Below are positions 16,984 through 25,533 of a stretch of DNA of 41,196 bases, one piece after another. This DNA comes from Geobacteraceae bacterium (GTDB lineage: Bacteria; Desulfobacterota; Desulfuromonadia; Geobacterales; Geobacteraceae). The stretch covers positions 1-41,196 of the forward strand of contig JBAQKZ010000004.1 of assembly GCA_049301475.1 (NCBI GenBank), written 5' to 3'. The notes beneath the pieces are model-generated. The model saw only the letters and a list, made by a program, of their open reading frames with translations. It did not search any database and was not told the origin of the DNA. The translations under genes were made by a program, and so were the position numbers. Positions within the stretch are counted from its first letter, which is position 1; every line of letters begins with the position of its first letter.

Positions 16984-17970
16984 ATGACAACTCCTGCGGA
17001 GAAAACCGTGTCTACTAAAGCGGAAACCCATCGGTGGAAATCCGGGAAAGAGGTGAACAGCGACTCCATATTCAAGGGAGTTACTCTCCTCTTCGCCTTC
17101 TCGATCTTCGTCATACTCCTCCTGATGGTGGCTGAGATGACATATGAGAGCCTTCCCGCCCTCAAGGAGTTCGGCTGGCGATTCATTAGAAGCAGCGACT
17201 GGGACGCCGTCCAGGGTTCCTTCGGCGCTCTCCCCTATATCTGGGGATCGGTGGTCTCCTCCATCCTGGCGATCTTCCTAGCCGCCCCCCTGAGTGTCGG
17301 CACAGCCATCCTTATCACCGAGATCGCGCCGAAGAAACTCGGGAATATGGTGGCCGCCCTGGTGGAGCTGCTCGCCGCCATTCCGAGTGTCATTTACGGC
17401 CTGTGGGGAATCCTGGTCATGGCCCCCTGGCTTCAGAAAACCGTTGAGCCGTTCCTCAACGAGCGGCTCGGCTTCATCCCCTTGTTCCGGGGGGCGCCAT
17501 ACGGAGTGAGCATGCTCGCCGCGGTCTTCATCCTGACGATCATGATTGTGCCGATCATCACCTCTATAGCAAAGGAGGTATTCCTTGCGGTGCCGTTAAG
17601 CCAGAAAGAGGCCTGTTTCGCTCTGGGCGCGACCCGCTGGGAGATGATCCGGATGGCGGTTCTCCCTTACGGCAAATCGGGGATCCTCGGGGCAGTGATC
17701 CTGGGGCTTGGCCGGGCCATCGGGGAAACCATGGCGGTCACTATGGTCATAGGCAACTCCCCACAGATATCGCTCTCGCTACTCGCACCCGCCTATACCA
17801 TGCCTAGCGTCATCGCCAACGAGTTCGCCGAAACCACCTCAAAGCTTCACGCCGCGGCGCTCATGGAGATCGGCCTTATCCTGCTGGTCGTGACCGTAAT
17901 CATCAATGCCCTGGCCAGACTCCTTTTGTGGAGCGTCACCCGCAAAGAGAAGGGAGGGGGGAGGTTATGA
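16984..17970 (+). CDS. pstC: Phosphate ABC transporter permease PstC
   Basis: 328 aa, 6 TM helices, EAA-type loop. It lies in pstSCAB order. Confidence 0.95.
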   Translation: MTTPAEKTVSTKAETHRWKSGKEVNSDSIFKGVTLLFAFSIFVILLLMVAEMTYESLPALKEFGWRFIRSSDWDAVQGSFGALPYIWGSVVSSILAIFLAAPLSVGTAILITEIAPKKLGNMVAALVELLAAIPSVIYGLWGILVMAPWLQKTVEPFLNERLGFIPLFRGAPYGVSMLAAVFILTIMIVPIITSIAKEVFLAVPLSQKEACFALGATRWEMIRMAVLPYGKSGILGAVILGLGRAIGETMAVTMVIGNSPQISLSLLAPAYTMPSVIANEFAETTSKLHAAALMEIGLILLVVTVIINALARLLLWSVTRKEKGGGRL

Positions 17971-18806
17971 ACACTCTTACCCGGCGCAAGCTGAAGAATT
18001 CGGGAATGACGCTGCTTATGGCGGCCGCTGCCCTGGCTGTCCTCATTCCCCTTGTCCTGATTTTTACTCATATCATCAAGATGGGGTTCAGTTCAATCAA
18101 CCTCGACTTCTTTACCCAAATACCGAAGCCGACCGGCGAGACCGGAGGGGGAATGGCCAACGGCATGGCCGGCTCCGCCATGCTCATACTGCTAGCCTCG
18201 ACACTTGGCATCCCGATCGGCGTCTTCGGCGCTATCTACCTCGCGGAATACGGAGGCAACAGAATATCCGGCATAATCCGCTTCAGCGCAGACATCCTTT
18301 CCGGCATCCCTTCAATCATTACCGGAATGGTCGCCTACACCCTTCTGGTGGTCCCGATGAAGGGGTTTTCGGCATTGGCCGGGGCGTTCGCACTGGCGCT
18401 GATAATGATCCCCATCGTGCTCCGCACGACCGAGGAACAGTTGAAGCTGGTCCCCAACGCCCTGCGCGAAGCTTCTCTTGCCCTCGGGGTGCCGCTCTGG
18501 CGCACCAGCCTCAAGGTGACGCTGCGGAGCGCCATGACAGGGGTGATGACCGGGATACTCCTGGCCATAGCGCGCATCTCGGGGGAAACAGCGCCGCTCC
18601 TCTTCACCGCGCTCGGAAACCAGTTCTGGGGTGGCAAGCTGACCGAGCCGATAGCCGCAATGCCGCTACAGATATTCAGTTTCGCCATCGCCCCGTACGA
18701 AGACTGGCACCGCCTCGCCTGGGCCGGAGCGCTGGTGCTGGTTTTGATCATGTTCGCGCTGAGCCTGACAGCGCGTTATTTCGGCAGAAGCAAACAAGGC
18801 GGATGA
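17967..18806 (+). CDS. pstA: Phosphate ABC transporter permease PstA
   Basis: The likely start is the ATG at 17967 (MNTLTRRKL), which overlaps the pstC TGA as ATGA. The track start at 17928 would overlap pstC by 43 nt. Confidence 0.93.
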   Translation: MNTLTRRKLKNSGMTLLMAAAALAVLIPLVLIFTHIIKMGFSSINLDFFTQIPKPTGETGGGMANGMAGSAMLILLASTLGIPIGVFGAIYLAEYGGNRISGIIRFSADILSGIPSIITGMVAYTLLVVPMKGFSALAGAFALALIMIPIVLRTTEEQLKLVPNALREASLALGVPLWRTSLKVTLRSAMTGVMTGILLAIARISGETAPLLFTALGNQFWGGKLTEPIAAMPLQIFSFAIAPYEDWHRLAWAGALVLVLIMFALSLTARYFGRSKQGG

Positions 18807-18813
18807 GGTTCTT

Positions 18814-19572
18814 ATGCAAAGCAAGGTAAAACTCGACAATCTGAACGTCCATTTCGGAAAGACCCATGCCGTCAAGATGGTCACCATGGATTTTCGCGCA
18901 AACAGCGTAACCGCCATTATCGGGCCGTCCGGCTGCGGCAAGTCCACCGTGCTCAGAAGCATCAACCGTATGCACGATCTGGTTCCGGCAGCGCGGGTAA
19001 CGGGAAAGGTTCTGCTGGACGGTACGGACATCTACGACAAGGACATTGATCCGGTCTCCATCAGGAGGCGGATCGGCATGGTGTTCCAGAAGCCGAATCC
19101 CTTTCCCGCCATGTCCGTTTATGATAATGTAATAGCCGGTTACAAGCTGAACGGCCGAATGAAACGGGATGAGGCCGATGCGGTTGTAGAATCGAGTCTG
19201 AAACGGGTGGCTCTGTGGGACGAGGTCAAGGACCGGCTGAAGGCAAACTCCATGGAGTTGTCCGGAGGACAACAACAAAGGTTATGCATCGCCAGAACCA
19301 TCGCAATCAAGCCGGAGGTGATCCTGATGGACGAGCCGGCATCGGCCCTCGACCCTATCTCGACCCTGAAGATCGAAGAGTTGATCGAGGAATTGAAGGA
19401 GCGGTACACAATCATCATCGTCACCCACAATATGCAACAGGCCGCCCGCGTCTCCGATTTCACCGCTTTCCTTTACCTGGGTGAGTTGATAGAATTCAAC
19501 GACACAAAGAAGATATTCACCAACCCCGACAATAGGCATACCGAAGACTACATTACCGGTCGGTTCGGATAA
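18814..19572 (+). CDS. pstB: Phosphate ABC transporter ATP-binding protein PstB
   Basis: Walker [10 protein letters not shown], signature LSGGQQQRL and the typical PstB C-terminus [10 protein letters not shown]. Confidence 0.97.
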   Translation: MQSKVKLDNLNVHFGKTHAVKMVTMDFRANSVTAIIGPSGCGKSTVLRSINRMHDLVPAARVTGKVLLDGTDIYDKDIDPVSIRRRIGMVFQKPNPFPAMSVYDNVIAGYKLNGRMKRDEADAVVESSLKRVALWDEVKDRLKANSMELSGGQQQRLCIARTIAIKPEVILMDEPASALDPISTLKIEELIEELKERYTIIIVTHNMQQAARVSDFTAFLYLGELIEFNDTKKIFTNPDNRHTEDYITGRFG

Positions 19573-19612
19573 GACGCCAGGCAGAGGATTTACATTCTTT
19601 ACCTTTACCTTT

Positions 19613-19742
19613 ATTACTCCGGCAATTAAACATATCAATGGTAGGGGCGGCGCTTGCTCCGCCCAATCGGGGCGCGGCAAGCAGGGGCGCGGCAAGCAGC
19701 GCCCCTACATCATGGGTTGTGATGTTTAATTGCCGGAGTAAT
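19613..19742. repeat. 130-bp palindromic element between pstB and phoU
   Basis: The outer arms are perfect over 21 bp: ATTACTCCGGCAATTAAACAT (19613-19633) against ATGTTTAATTGCCGGAGTAAT (19722-19742). Inner arms are TAGGGGCGGCGCTTGC and GCAAGCAGCGCCCCTA. The core has a tandem GGGGCGCGGCAAGCA x2. A T7 run sits at 19750-19756. Confidence 0.8.
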
Positions 19743-19766
19743 ACCTGTGTTTTTTTGGAGGTTTTG

Positions 19767-20444
19767 ATGGGAAGAGAACACTTCAGCAAACTATACGACG
19801 CGGAACTTAACGAGATCAGGGAAAAACTCCTGGAAATGGGGGGGAAGGTGGAGGTGATGATCGCCAACGCCATGAAGGCCCTGGTGGACCGGGATTCCGG
19901 GCTGGCCGAGCGAACCATCGCCTTTGACCACGAGATCAACCACCTAGAGGTGGAGATCGATGAAAAGTGCCTGTATGTCCTTGCCAGGCGCCAACCTGCG
20001 GCTCGCGACCTGCGGTTCATAACCCTGGCGCTGAAGATCGTCACAGACCTTGAACGAATCGGCGACCAGTGCGCCGCTATCGCCAACCGGGCCATTGAAC
20101 TCAATCAGGAACCGCCGCTCAAACCCTACATTGACTTGCCACGAATGGCCCAGTGGACGGGAATCATGGTCAAGGAATCCCTCGACGCCTTCGTTCGGGG
20201 TGATGATGCGCTGGCGCTCAAGGTCTGCGGGGACGACCAGTTCGTGGATGACTTAAACGAGCAGATACAGCGGGAACTTTTTACCTTCATGATGGAGAAC
20301 CCGGAAACCATCTCCCGCGCAATCAAGATCAACTACATCTCCAAGTGTCTGGAGCGGATCGCCGACCACGCCACCAATGTGGCGGAAATGGTGATCTTCA
20401 TGGTCAAAGGGAAGGACATCCGTCACACGACACCTGCCATGTAA
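19767..20444 (+). CDS. phoU: Phosphate signalling regulator PhoU
   Basis: The real start is MGREHFSKLYD..., after a GGAGG RBS. The protein has two PhoU repeats (E..ID, RIGD / RIAD). The upstream part of the track ORF (from 19638) is translated palindrome. Confidence 0.95.
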   Translation: MGREHFSKLYDAELNEIREKLLEMGGKVEVMIANAMKALVDRDSGLAERTIAFDHEINHLEVEIDEKCLYVLARRQPAARDLRFITLALKIVTDLERIGDQCAAIANRAIELNQEPPLKPYIDLPRMAQWTGIMVKESLDAFVRGDDALALKVCGDDQFVDDLNEQIQRELFTFMMENPETISRAIKINYISKCLERIADHATNVAEMVIFMVKGKDIRHTTPAM

Positions 20445-20521
20445 TACCAATTCCAAATCAAAGCGCCCTCTTCGTTGGCTCGCCTTCGGCTCCTCAACGT
20501 GCGTGGTTGTGCGCCTTACGC
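20442..20521. mobile_element. Partial MITE copy (left ~77 bp, orientation A) starting right after the phoU stop TAA
   Basis: TAA + TACCAATTCCAAATCAAAGCGCCCTCTTCGTTGGCTCGCCTTCGGCTCCTCAAC... matches the consensus left arm and interior. Similarity is lost about 17 nt before the rnpB 3' end. Confidence 0.65.
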
Positions 20522-20537
20522 TACATGTAACAAAATT

Positions 20538-20909
20538 GGTCGAAGCAGCCCATAAGCCGGGTTCTGTCCCCGCCGCGGGTTACCCTGCGACAGGTGATGG
20601 CCATTCCTCTAGGACCGCCGTTACCGACGGCCTCAAGCAGCCAACCCGGAAGCACGGGCGGGCCACCCTTAACGCTTCCCTATTTGGCCTTGCTCCTGGT
20701 GGGGTTTACCTGGCATCCGTCGTCACCGCCGGACCCGGTGAGCTCTTACCTCACCCTTTCACCCTTACCCGCCGAAGCGGGCGGACTGCTCTCTGTGGCA
20801 CTTTCCCTGGGGTTGCCCCCGCTGGACGTTATCCAGCACCATACCCTGCGGAGCCCGGACTTTCCTCCCCCTGCGCAAGCAGGCGGCGGCCATCCTGACT
20901 GCTTCGACC
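20538..20909 (-). ncRNA. rnpB: RNase P RNA, bacterial type A
   Basis: The reverse complement reads GGTCGAAGCAGTCAGG...GGAGGAAAGTCCGGGCTCC...GGTAAGGGTGAAAGGGTG...ACAGAACCCGGCTTATGGGCTGCTTCGACC. The P1 stem is formed by the two ends, and the conserved P4/CR-I and CR-V motifs are present. Confidence 0.95.
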
Positions 20910-20919
20910 AAACCTTTTT

Positions 20920-21639
20920 CTACCCGTTATTCGTTTCAAGCCTGAGCAGCAACACCCGCTGGCAGTGGGGACAGGCAATCAACTCATCACAGCGAAACAG
21001 ACTGTTATAAAGCTGCGGTGGCAGGTTCATGTTGCAGCCAAGGCATGAGCCGTCCCTTGCCTCGACAACAGCCACCCCCTTGCGTTGTTCCCTCAGAGCG
21101 CCGTAACGTTTCAGCATCGAGGCCGGAAGGCCTTTGGATGAAGCTTCTCGAGTAGTGAGGTCTTTGGCCATGGATTTATCCAACTGGTCCATCTTGGTCA
21201 GCGCCTCGGCCCGCTGTACGGCAAGACTCTCCTCCAGCGCCCGTAAATCCGACTCACAGGCTGCGATGCTACTCTGCAACTCTTCCGCCAGGCCGATTTT
21301 TTGCAGCAGTTGTTCCTCCAGTTCGGCCTTCAATTTCTTGGCGGTTGCTATTTCCTTGGAAACAGCTTGGTATTCCTTCTGTGTTTTTATCTCCCTTAGA
21401 CGCGTCTCGGAGCGAAGAATATTCTCAAGCTCATCAGCAAGACCCCCCTCCAGTTCCTGTTTTTCCGCCTCCACTGCTGCAAGCTCAGCCTGCTTGACGG
21501 AAGTATTATTCCGTGCCTCGGTAATGTGGACGTCCATCGCCGTGATATCTTTCAGCAAAGCTTCTTTTCCTTCTCGCAGTGCGTCCATCCTAAGGTCAAT
21601 CTTCTGCAGCATATCCAGCATATTCAAATTTGCTCGCAA
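20920..21639 (-). CDS. Coiled-coil protein with a C-terminal C4 zinc ribbon (COG1579/DUF164 type)
   Basis: 239 aa with a long heptad-rich region and a C-terminal CLGC...CPHC. Classically found as a neighbour of nif3. Confidence 0.85.
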   Translation of the reverse strand: MRANLNMLDMLQKIDLRMDALREGKEALLKDITAMDVHITEARNNTSVKQAELAAVEAEKQELEGGLADELENILRSETRLREIKTQKEYQAVSKEIATAKKLKAELEEQLLQKIGLAEELQSSIAACESDLRALEESLAVQRAEALTKMDQLDKSMAKDLTTREASSKGLPASMLKRYGALREQRKGVAVVEARDGSCLGCNMNLPPQLYNSLFRCDELIACPHCQRVLLLRLETNNG

Positions 21640-21697
21640 ACCCTGCCCTCCCTTTTCCTACGGATGTTGTATTGTATGGTTAACAAAATTTTCTGCA

Positions 21698-22816
21698 TCA
21701 GATAAAGCTGAATGGCTCCCTTTCTCCTTCGTACGGTATGATCTCTGCGGTAAATCCACTGTTGCGCAACTCTTCATCAAGCTGTTCTGTGAATTCCATT
21801 ATCATCGGCCGCTCGGTGGCAAAATGTCCGGCATCGATCAGCGAGAGACCCAGAGCCTCGGCGCTCCGTGCCTCGTGGTACTTCACATCGCCTGTGATTA
21901 GCAGATCCGCACCCTGCCAGTGGGCTTCCTGTATCAACAATGCGCCGCTCCCCCCGCAGAGTGCGACTTTGCGCACAATGCGTCCAGGCTCACCCACAAA
22001 TCGCAAATTCTTAGCGCCTAGCCGCTGTTTAACGTCAGCGGCAAACTCCGCAAGGGGAATCGGCTCAGGGAGTTCGCCGATCCTCCCCAAACCCAGCCTG
22101 TTTCCTTTATTTAGTACTGGATAGAGATCGAAGGCCGGTTCCTCGTATGGATGCGTCTTTTTCATGGCATTCAGCGCCGCATTGATATCTTCCTTGCAAA
22201 GAAGCACCTCTATCCGATTTTCCGAAACGATCTCACGGCTGCCAATTTTTCCCGTGAAAGGCCGTGCCCCTTCCAGAGGCCGGAAAGTGCCTATACCACT
22301 GGTTCTAAAGGAGCAGTCATTGTATTTGCCAATGAAACCGCTGAAACGGAACAAGGATTCAAGTACCTGCTCCTCGTACCCCTCGGGGACGAAGACCGAT
22401 AGCTTCACCAACTCCTCTCTCCCGACAGCTTTGAGCGGTTTGTGAGAAGATATCCCAAGCCGCTCAGCCAGCAGAAAGTTCATGCCTCTGGGGGCAATGT
22501 CGTAGTTGGTGTGGAGCGAAAGAATTGTCAAGTCATGTCGTACGGCATGAAAAATAAGGCTTCCGACGGAGTCGTCAATGACGATCTTCTTGAGAGGGGT
22601 GAAGATTAATGGATGATGGGTCAGCAGGAGTTGACATCCCGCTGAGACGGCGGCTTCCACCGTGTCTCTGCCGACATCGAGCGCCACCATGATGCGCTTG
22701 ACAGGGGCAGCGGTGTCTCCTACTTGAAGACCGACGTTATCCCACTCCTCCGCGTACGCGAATGGGGCTATTTTGTTAATAATTCCGGTTACATCTGAAA
22801 CCATGGGGGTCAGCAT
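21698..22816 (-). CDS. Nif3-like dinuclear metal-centre protein (YbgI/YqfO family, long form)
   Basis: 372 aa with the motifs LLLTHHPLIF and GDVKYHEA and an inserted middle domain. Confidence 0.9.
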   Translation of the reverse strand: MLTPMVSDVTGIINKIAPFAYAEEWDNVGLQVGDTAAPVKRIMVALDVGRDTVEAAVSAGCQLLLTHHPLIFTPLKKIVIDDSVGSLIFHAVRHDLTILSLHTNYDIAPRGMNFLLAERLGISSHKPLKAVGREELVKLSVFVPEGYEEQVLESLFRFSGFIGKYNDCSFRTSGIGTFRPLEGARPFTGKIGSREIVSENRIEVLLCKEDINAALNAMKKTHPYEEPAFDLYPVLNKGNRLGLGRIGELPEPIPLAEFAADVKQRLGAKNLRFVGEPGRIVRKVALCGGSGALLIQEAHWQGADLLITGDVKYHEARSAEALGLSLIDAGHFATERPMIMEFTEQLDEELRNSGFTAEIIPYEGEREPFSFI

Positions 22817-22827
22817 CGCGCTCCAAA

Positions 22828-22864
22828 GAAAAAGAGTGCACCCTTACGGTGTGCACTCTTTTTC
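22828..22864 (-). terminator. Strong hairpin between tRNA and nif3 (terminator- or attenuator-like, bidirectional shape)
   Basis: AAAGAGTGCAC (22831-22841) pairs with GTGCACTCTTT (22851-22861) around a 9-nt loop. A-runs and T-runs flank it on both sides. On the minus strand it ends about 10 nt upstream of the nif3 RBS. Confidence 0.6.
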
Positions 22865-22937
22865 GTCCCCGGAGGGGCATTATGTTGTCTCAACAAGCGC
22901 TTTAAGGGCATCCCCACATCATCCCTCTGTTTTTAGG

Positions 22938-23014
22938 TGGTGGGCCCACCAGGACTCGAACCTGGGACCGACCGGTTATGAGCCGGTAGCTCTAGCCAAC
23001 TGAGCTATAGGCCC
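22938..23014 (-). tRNA. tRNA with CAU anticodon (elongator Met or, more likely, lysidine-modified Ile2), CCA encoded
   Basis: Reverse complement: GGGCCTATAGCTCAGTTGGCTAGAGCTACCGGCTCATAACCGGTCGGTCCCAGGTTCGAGTCCTGGTGGGCCCACCA. It gives a full 77-nt cloverleaf. The G1-C72 pair excludes an initiator tRNA. Confidence 0.93.
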
Positions 23015-23029
23015 GCAAAGCTGAGCTTG

Positions 23030-23058
23030 AATATATGTCATCAGTGCAATAGTGTCAA
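23030..23058 (-). promoter_or_regulatory. Sigma70 promoter for the tRNA
   Basis: On the minus strand: TTGACA (23058-23053), a 17-nt spacer, then TATATT (23035-23030). The -10 element lies 15 nt upstream of the mature tRNA 5' end. An AT-rich tandem repeat sits just upstream in UP-element position. Confidence 0.6.
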
Positions 23059-23116
23059 GGTATTTTCACAGGTATTTTCACAGACACGGCTCCCCTTGGG
23101 CATGTCCCCTTGGGCG

Positions 23117-23145
23117 TTGACTCATCATCCTCGCTCTGATAATAT
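23117..23145 (+). promoter_or_regulatory. Sigma70 promoter for terC
   Basis: TTGACT (23117-23122), a 17-nt spacer, then TAATAT (23140-23145). The start codon is 27 nt downstream and is preceded by GGGAGAG. Confidence 0.55.
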
Positions 23146-23171
23146 GCCCCCACCTCGAAGGGAGAGTTGAA

Positions 23172-24104
23172 ATGCACCTGCAAATCATTATGTGGCTTGG
23201 TTTCGCATCTATCATAGTCATCATGTTCATTCTGGATCTGGGAGTATTCAACCGCAAAAGCCATGCGATCAGCTTCCGCGAGGCGCTTGCCTGGACCCTG
23301 GCGTGGGTCTCGCTGGCGATGGCCTTCAATATCTGGATATGGTACGCCATGGGGCCGACCAAGGCGTTGGAGTTTCTCACATCCTACCTCATCGAAGAGT
23401 CGCTGTCGGTGGACAACCTATTCGTCTTCATCATGATCTTCTCCTATTTCCACATCTCCAAAACCCACCAGCCTAAGATCCTGAAATGGGGAATAATCGG
23501 CGCGCTGGTTTTGCGAGCGATCTTCATAGTGATCGGCATCGGGTTGATAGAGCGGTTCCACTGGATGATTTACATATTCGGCGGCATACTCGTTATAACC
23601 GGCGTAAAGATGGCTTTTGGCGGCACGGAAAAGATCGAGCCGGAGAAGAACCTGCTGGTGCGGCTGGTGCGGCGCTTCGTCCCGATCACCAAACATGTTC
23701 GGGACGACCGCTTCTTTATCAAAAAGGGGGGGATACGAGCCGCTACCCCACTGTTTCTGACCCTGCTGGTAGTGGAGTCGAGCGACCTGATTTTCGCCAT
23801 TGACTCCATTCCGGCGGTGCTGGCGGTAACCCGCGACCCTTTTATCGTCTACACATCCAACGTCTTCGCCATTATGGGGCTCAGGTCCCTGTATTACTTG
23901 CTTGCTAACGTCCTGGAAATGTTTGTCTTCCTCAAGCTGGGGGTTTCCATAATCCTCGCTTTTGTCGGCGCGAAGATGCTCCTCTCCGACATTTACCCGA
24001 TCCCCATCCCCTTTTCACTCGGGGCTATCGTAGGGATTCTGGCCATCTCCATCATTACCTCAATCACCATCGGCAATAAGAGCGGGCGCCTTCCCATCCC
24101 CTGA
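23172..24104 (+). CDS. terC: TerC-family integral membrane protein
   Basis: 310 aa with about 9 TM helices and the TerC motifs EESLSVDNLFVF and ESSDLIFAIDSIPAV. Confidence 0.9.
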   Translation: MHLQIIMWLGFASIIVIMFILDLGVFNRKSHAISFREALAWTLAWVSLAMAFNIWIWYAMGPTKALEFLTSYLIEESLSVDNLFVFIMIFSYFHISKTHQPKILKWGIIGALVLRAIFIVIGIGLIERFHWMIYIFGGILVITGVKMAFGGTEKIEPEKNLLVRLVRRFVPITKHVRDDRFFIKKGGIRAATPLFLTLLVVESSDLIFAIDSIPAVLAVTRDPFIVYTSNVFAIMGLRSLYYLLANVLEMFVFLKLGVSIILAFVGAKMLLSDIYPIPIPFSLGAIVGILAISIITSITIGNKSGRLPIP

Positions 24105-24127
24105 AATGGCGCAAAATGAGAGGGCAA

Positions 24128-25441
24128 TCAAGGCCCCTCCGTCTCCCTCCGGACAATCCGCACCCGCACGATAGCGTTTTCTTTCACCTCCTCGCAGATC
24201 ATGAGAAATCCTTCCACCTCAAGTTGTTCCCCTCTCTCCGGGAAGCGCCCCAACTGGTGAAGAATCAACCCGGCCAGGGTATCATAAGGGAGAGTCTCTC
24301 CAAACCTCATTTGCAGCAGGTCCTCCAGGTCGTTAATGGAAATCAGCGCATCCATCAGCAGGCTGCCGTCGGGAAACCGCTGCACCCGCTGTGGATCGCC
24401 TGCGTCGTGCTCGTCCTCTATCTCTCCCACCAGTTCTTCCAGCAGGTCCTCGGTAGTTACCAGCCCGCTTATGCCGCCGTACTCGTCCACCACCAGGGCT
24501 ATCTGGCTCCTGTTTCGCTGCATTTCCTTCAGTAGCTCGTTGACCTTTTTACCCTCCGGCACGTAGAACGGTGGACGGATAATAGAAGCCATGTCGAAAT
24601 CGGCATCGCTCACCATCTCCCCCAGAAAGTCCTTTGCGTGAATGAAACCGGCAATGTTCTCGATGCCAGCGCTAAACACAGGGTAGCGGGAATATTGGTT
24701 TTCCAGTATGAGGCGGAGAATCTCGTCACGGGACAGATCAAGATCGATGGCCGCCATCCGGGTGCGAGGCACCATTACCTCACGTACCGACGTACGAGAA
24801 AAATCCAGGATATTCTTGATGAATTCCTGTTCCGTTGCGCTGAACACACCGGTTTCACGCCCCTCCGCCACAATGTGCGCCACCTCTTCGCGGGCGATGA
24901 ACGCCTTTTCCCCCTCCCCTCTCACCCCCATGAGACACAGGACGGCCTTGCTGGACAGGGTGAGGAAGGCGACAGCCAGCCCCCCCACCCGTGCAAGAAT
25001 GTCTATCGGCTTGGCCACCAGGAGCGCCATGCTGTCGGCATAGTGGAGAGCTAGGGCTTTGGGCACCAGTTCCCCCAGGATGAGCGAGAAGTACGATACG
25101 ATAACGACCACTATCGCCAGTGACAGTGGAGACGCCGCATCCCTTACGAACTCGAAAGGTGCGGCCTGGAGAAGGGGTTTTATGAACTGAACGGCAGTCA
25201 CTCCGCCGACGGCGGAAGCCATTGTCCCGACCAGGGTGACCCCTATCTGCACCGTTGCCAGGAAACGGTGGGGATCATTTTGCAGTCTTTCGACTGTTTT
25301 CGCCCTCTGGTCCCCGGCGGCAAGTAAATGGGCGATCCGGCTCTTTCTTGCCGAGATGATCGCCAGCTCCGCACCGGCAAAAAAACCGTTGGCCAGGATC
25401 AACGCGACGATGACCGCAAATTCCTCCCAGACTGATTCCAA
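24128..25441 (-). CDS. CNNM/HlyC-CorC family protein (DUF21 - CBS pair - CorC_HlyC)
   Basis: 437 aa with an N-terminal 4-TM DUF21 domain ([10 protein letters not shown]), a CBS pair and a C-terminal transporter-associated domain. Confidence 0.9.
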   Translation of the reverse strand: MESVWEEFAVIVALILANGFFAGAELAIISARKSRIAHLLAAGDQRAKTVERLQNDPHRFLATVQIGVTLVGTMASAVGGVTAVQFIKPLLQAAPFEFVRDAASPLSLAIVVVIVSYFSLILGELVPKALALHYADSMALLVAKPIDILARVGGLAVAFLTLSSKAVLCLMGVRGEGEKAFIAREEVAHIVAEGRETGVFSATEQEFIKNILDFSRTSVREVMVPRTRMAAIDLDLSRDEILRLILENQYSRYPVFSAGIENIAGFIHAKDFLGEMVSDADFDMASIIRPPFYVPEGKKVNELLKEMQRNRSQIALVVDEYGGISGLVTTEDLLEELVGEIEDEHDAGDPQRVQRFPDGSLLMDALISINDLEDLLQMRFGETLPYDTLAGLILHQLGRFPERGEQLEVEGFLMICEEVKENAIVRVRIVRRETEGP

Positions 25442-25533
25442 ACGAACACCCCATAACCACGTTATATTGTCCCATTCTCCACATAGAAGCCCATTTTGTC
25501 AACCAATTGCAGGGACACCTATAAGCCTCTTTC

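Noticed and set aside
19638-19766. N-terminal extension of phoU (MVGAALAPPNRGAASRGAAS...).
   Set aside because: It lies entirely within the palindromic repeat. The canonical PhoU N-terminus and a GGAGG RBS begin at 19767.
20345-21010. ORFs 20345-20530, 20503-20898 and 20594-21010 on the plus strand.
   Set aside because: They overlap the antisense of RNase P RNA and the MITE fragment. The region is fully explained by rnpB.
23015-23171. A possible yybP-ykoY (Mn2+) riboswitch upstream of terC, and likewise upstream of the GDT1/UPF0016 gene (32354-32502). Both gene families are classic targets.
   Set aside because: The conserved GGGGAGUAG, UUGACAUA and AGAGACC-type cores were not found on the sense strand. 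The predicted terC leader is only about 20 nt. The GGGGAG at 32493 is simply the RBS. A covariance-model scan would be needed for a formal exclusion.
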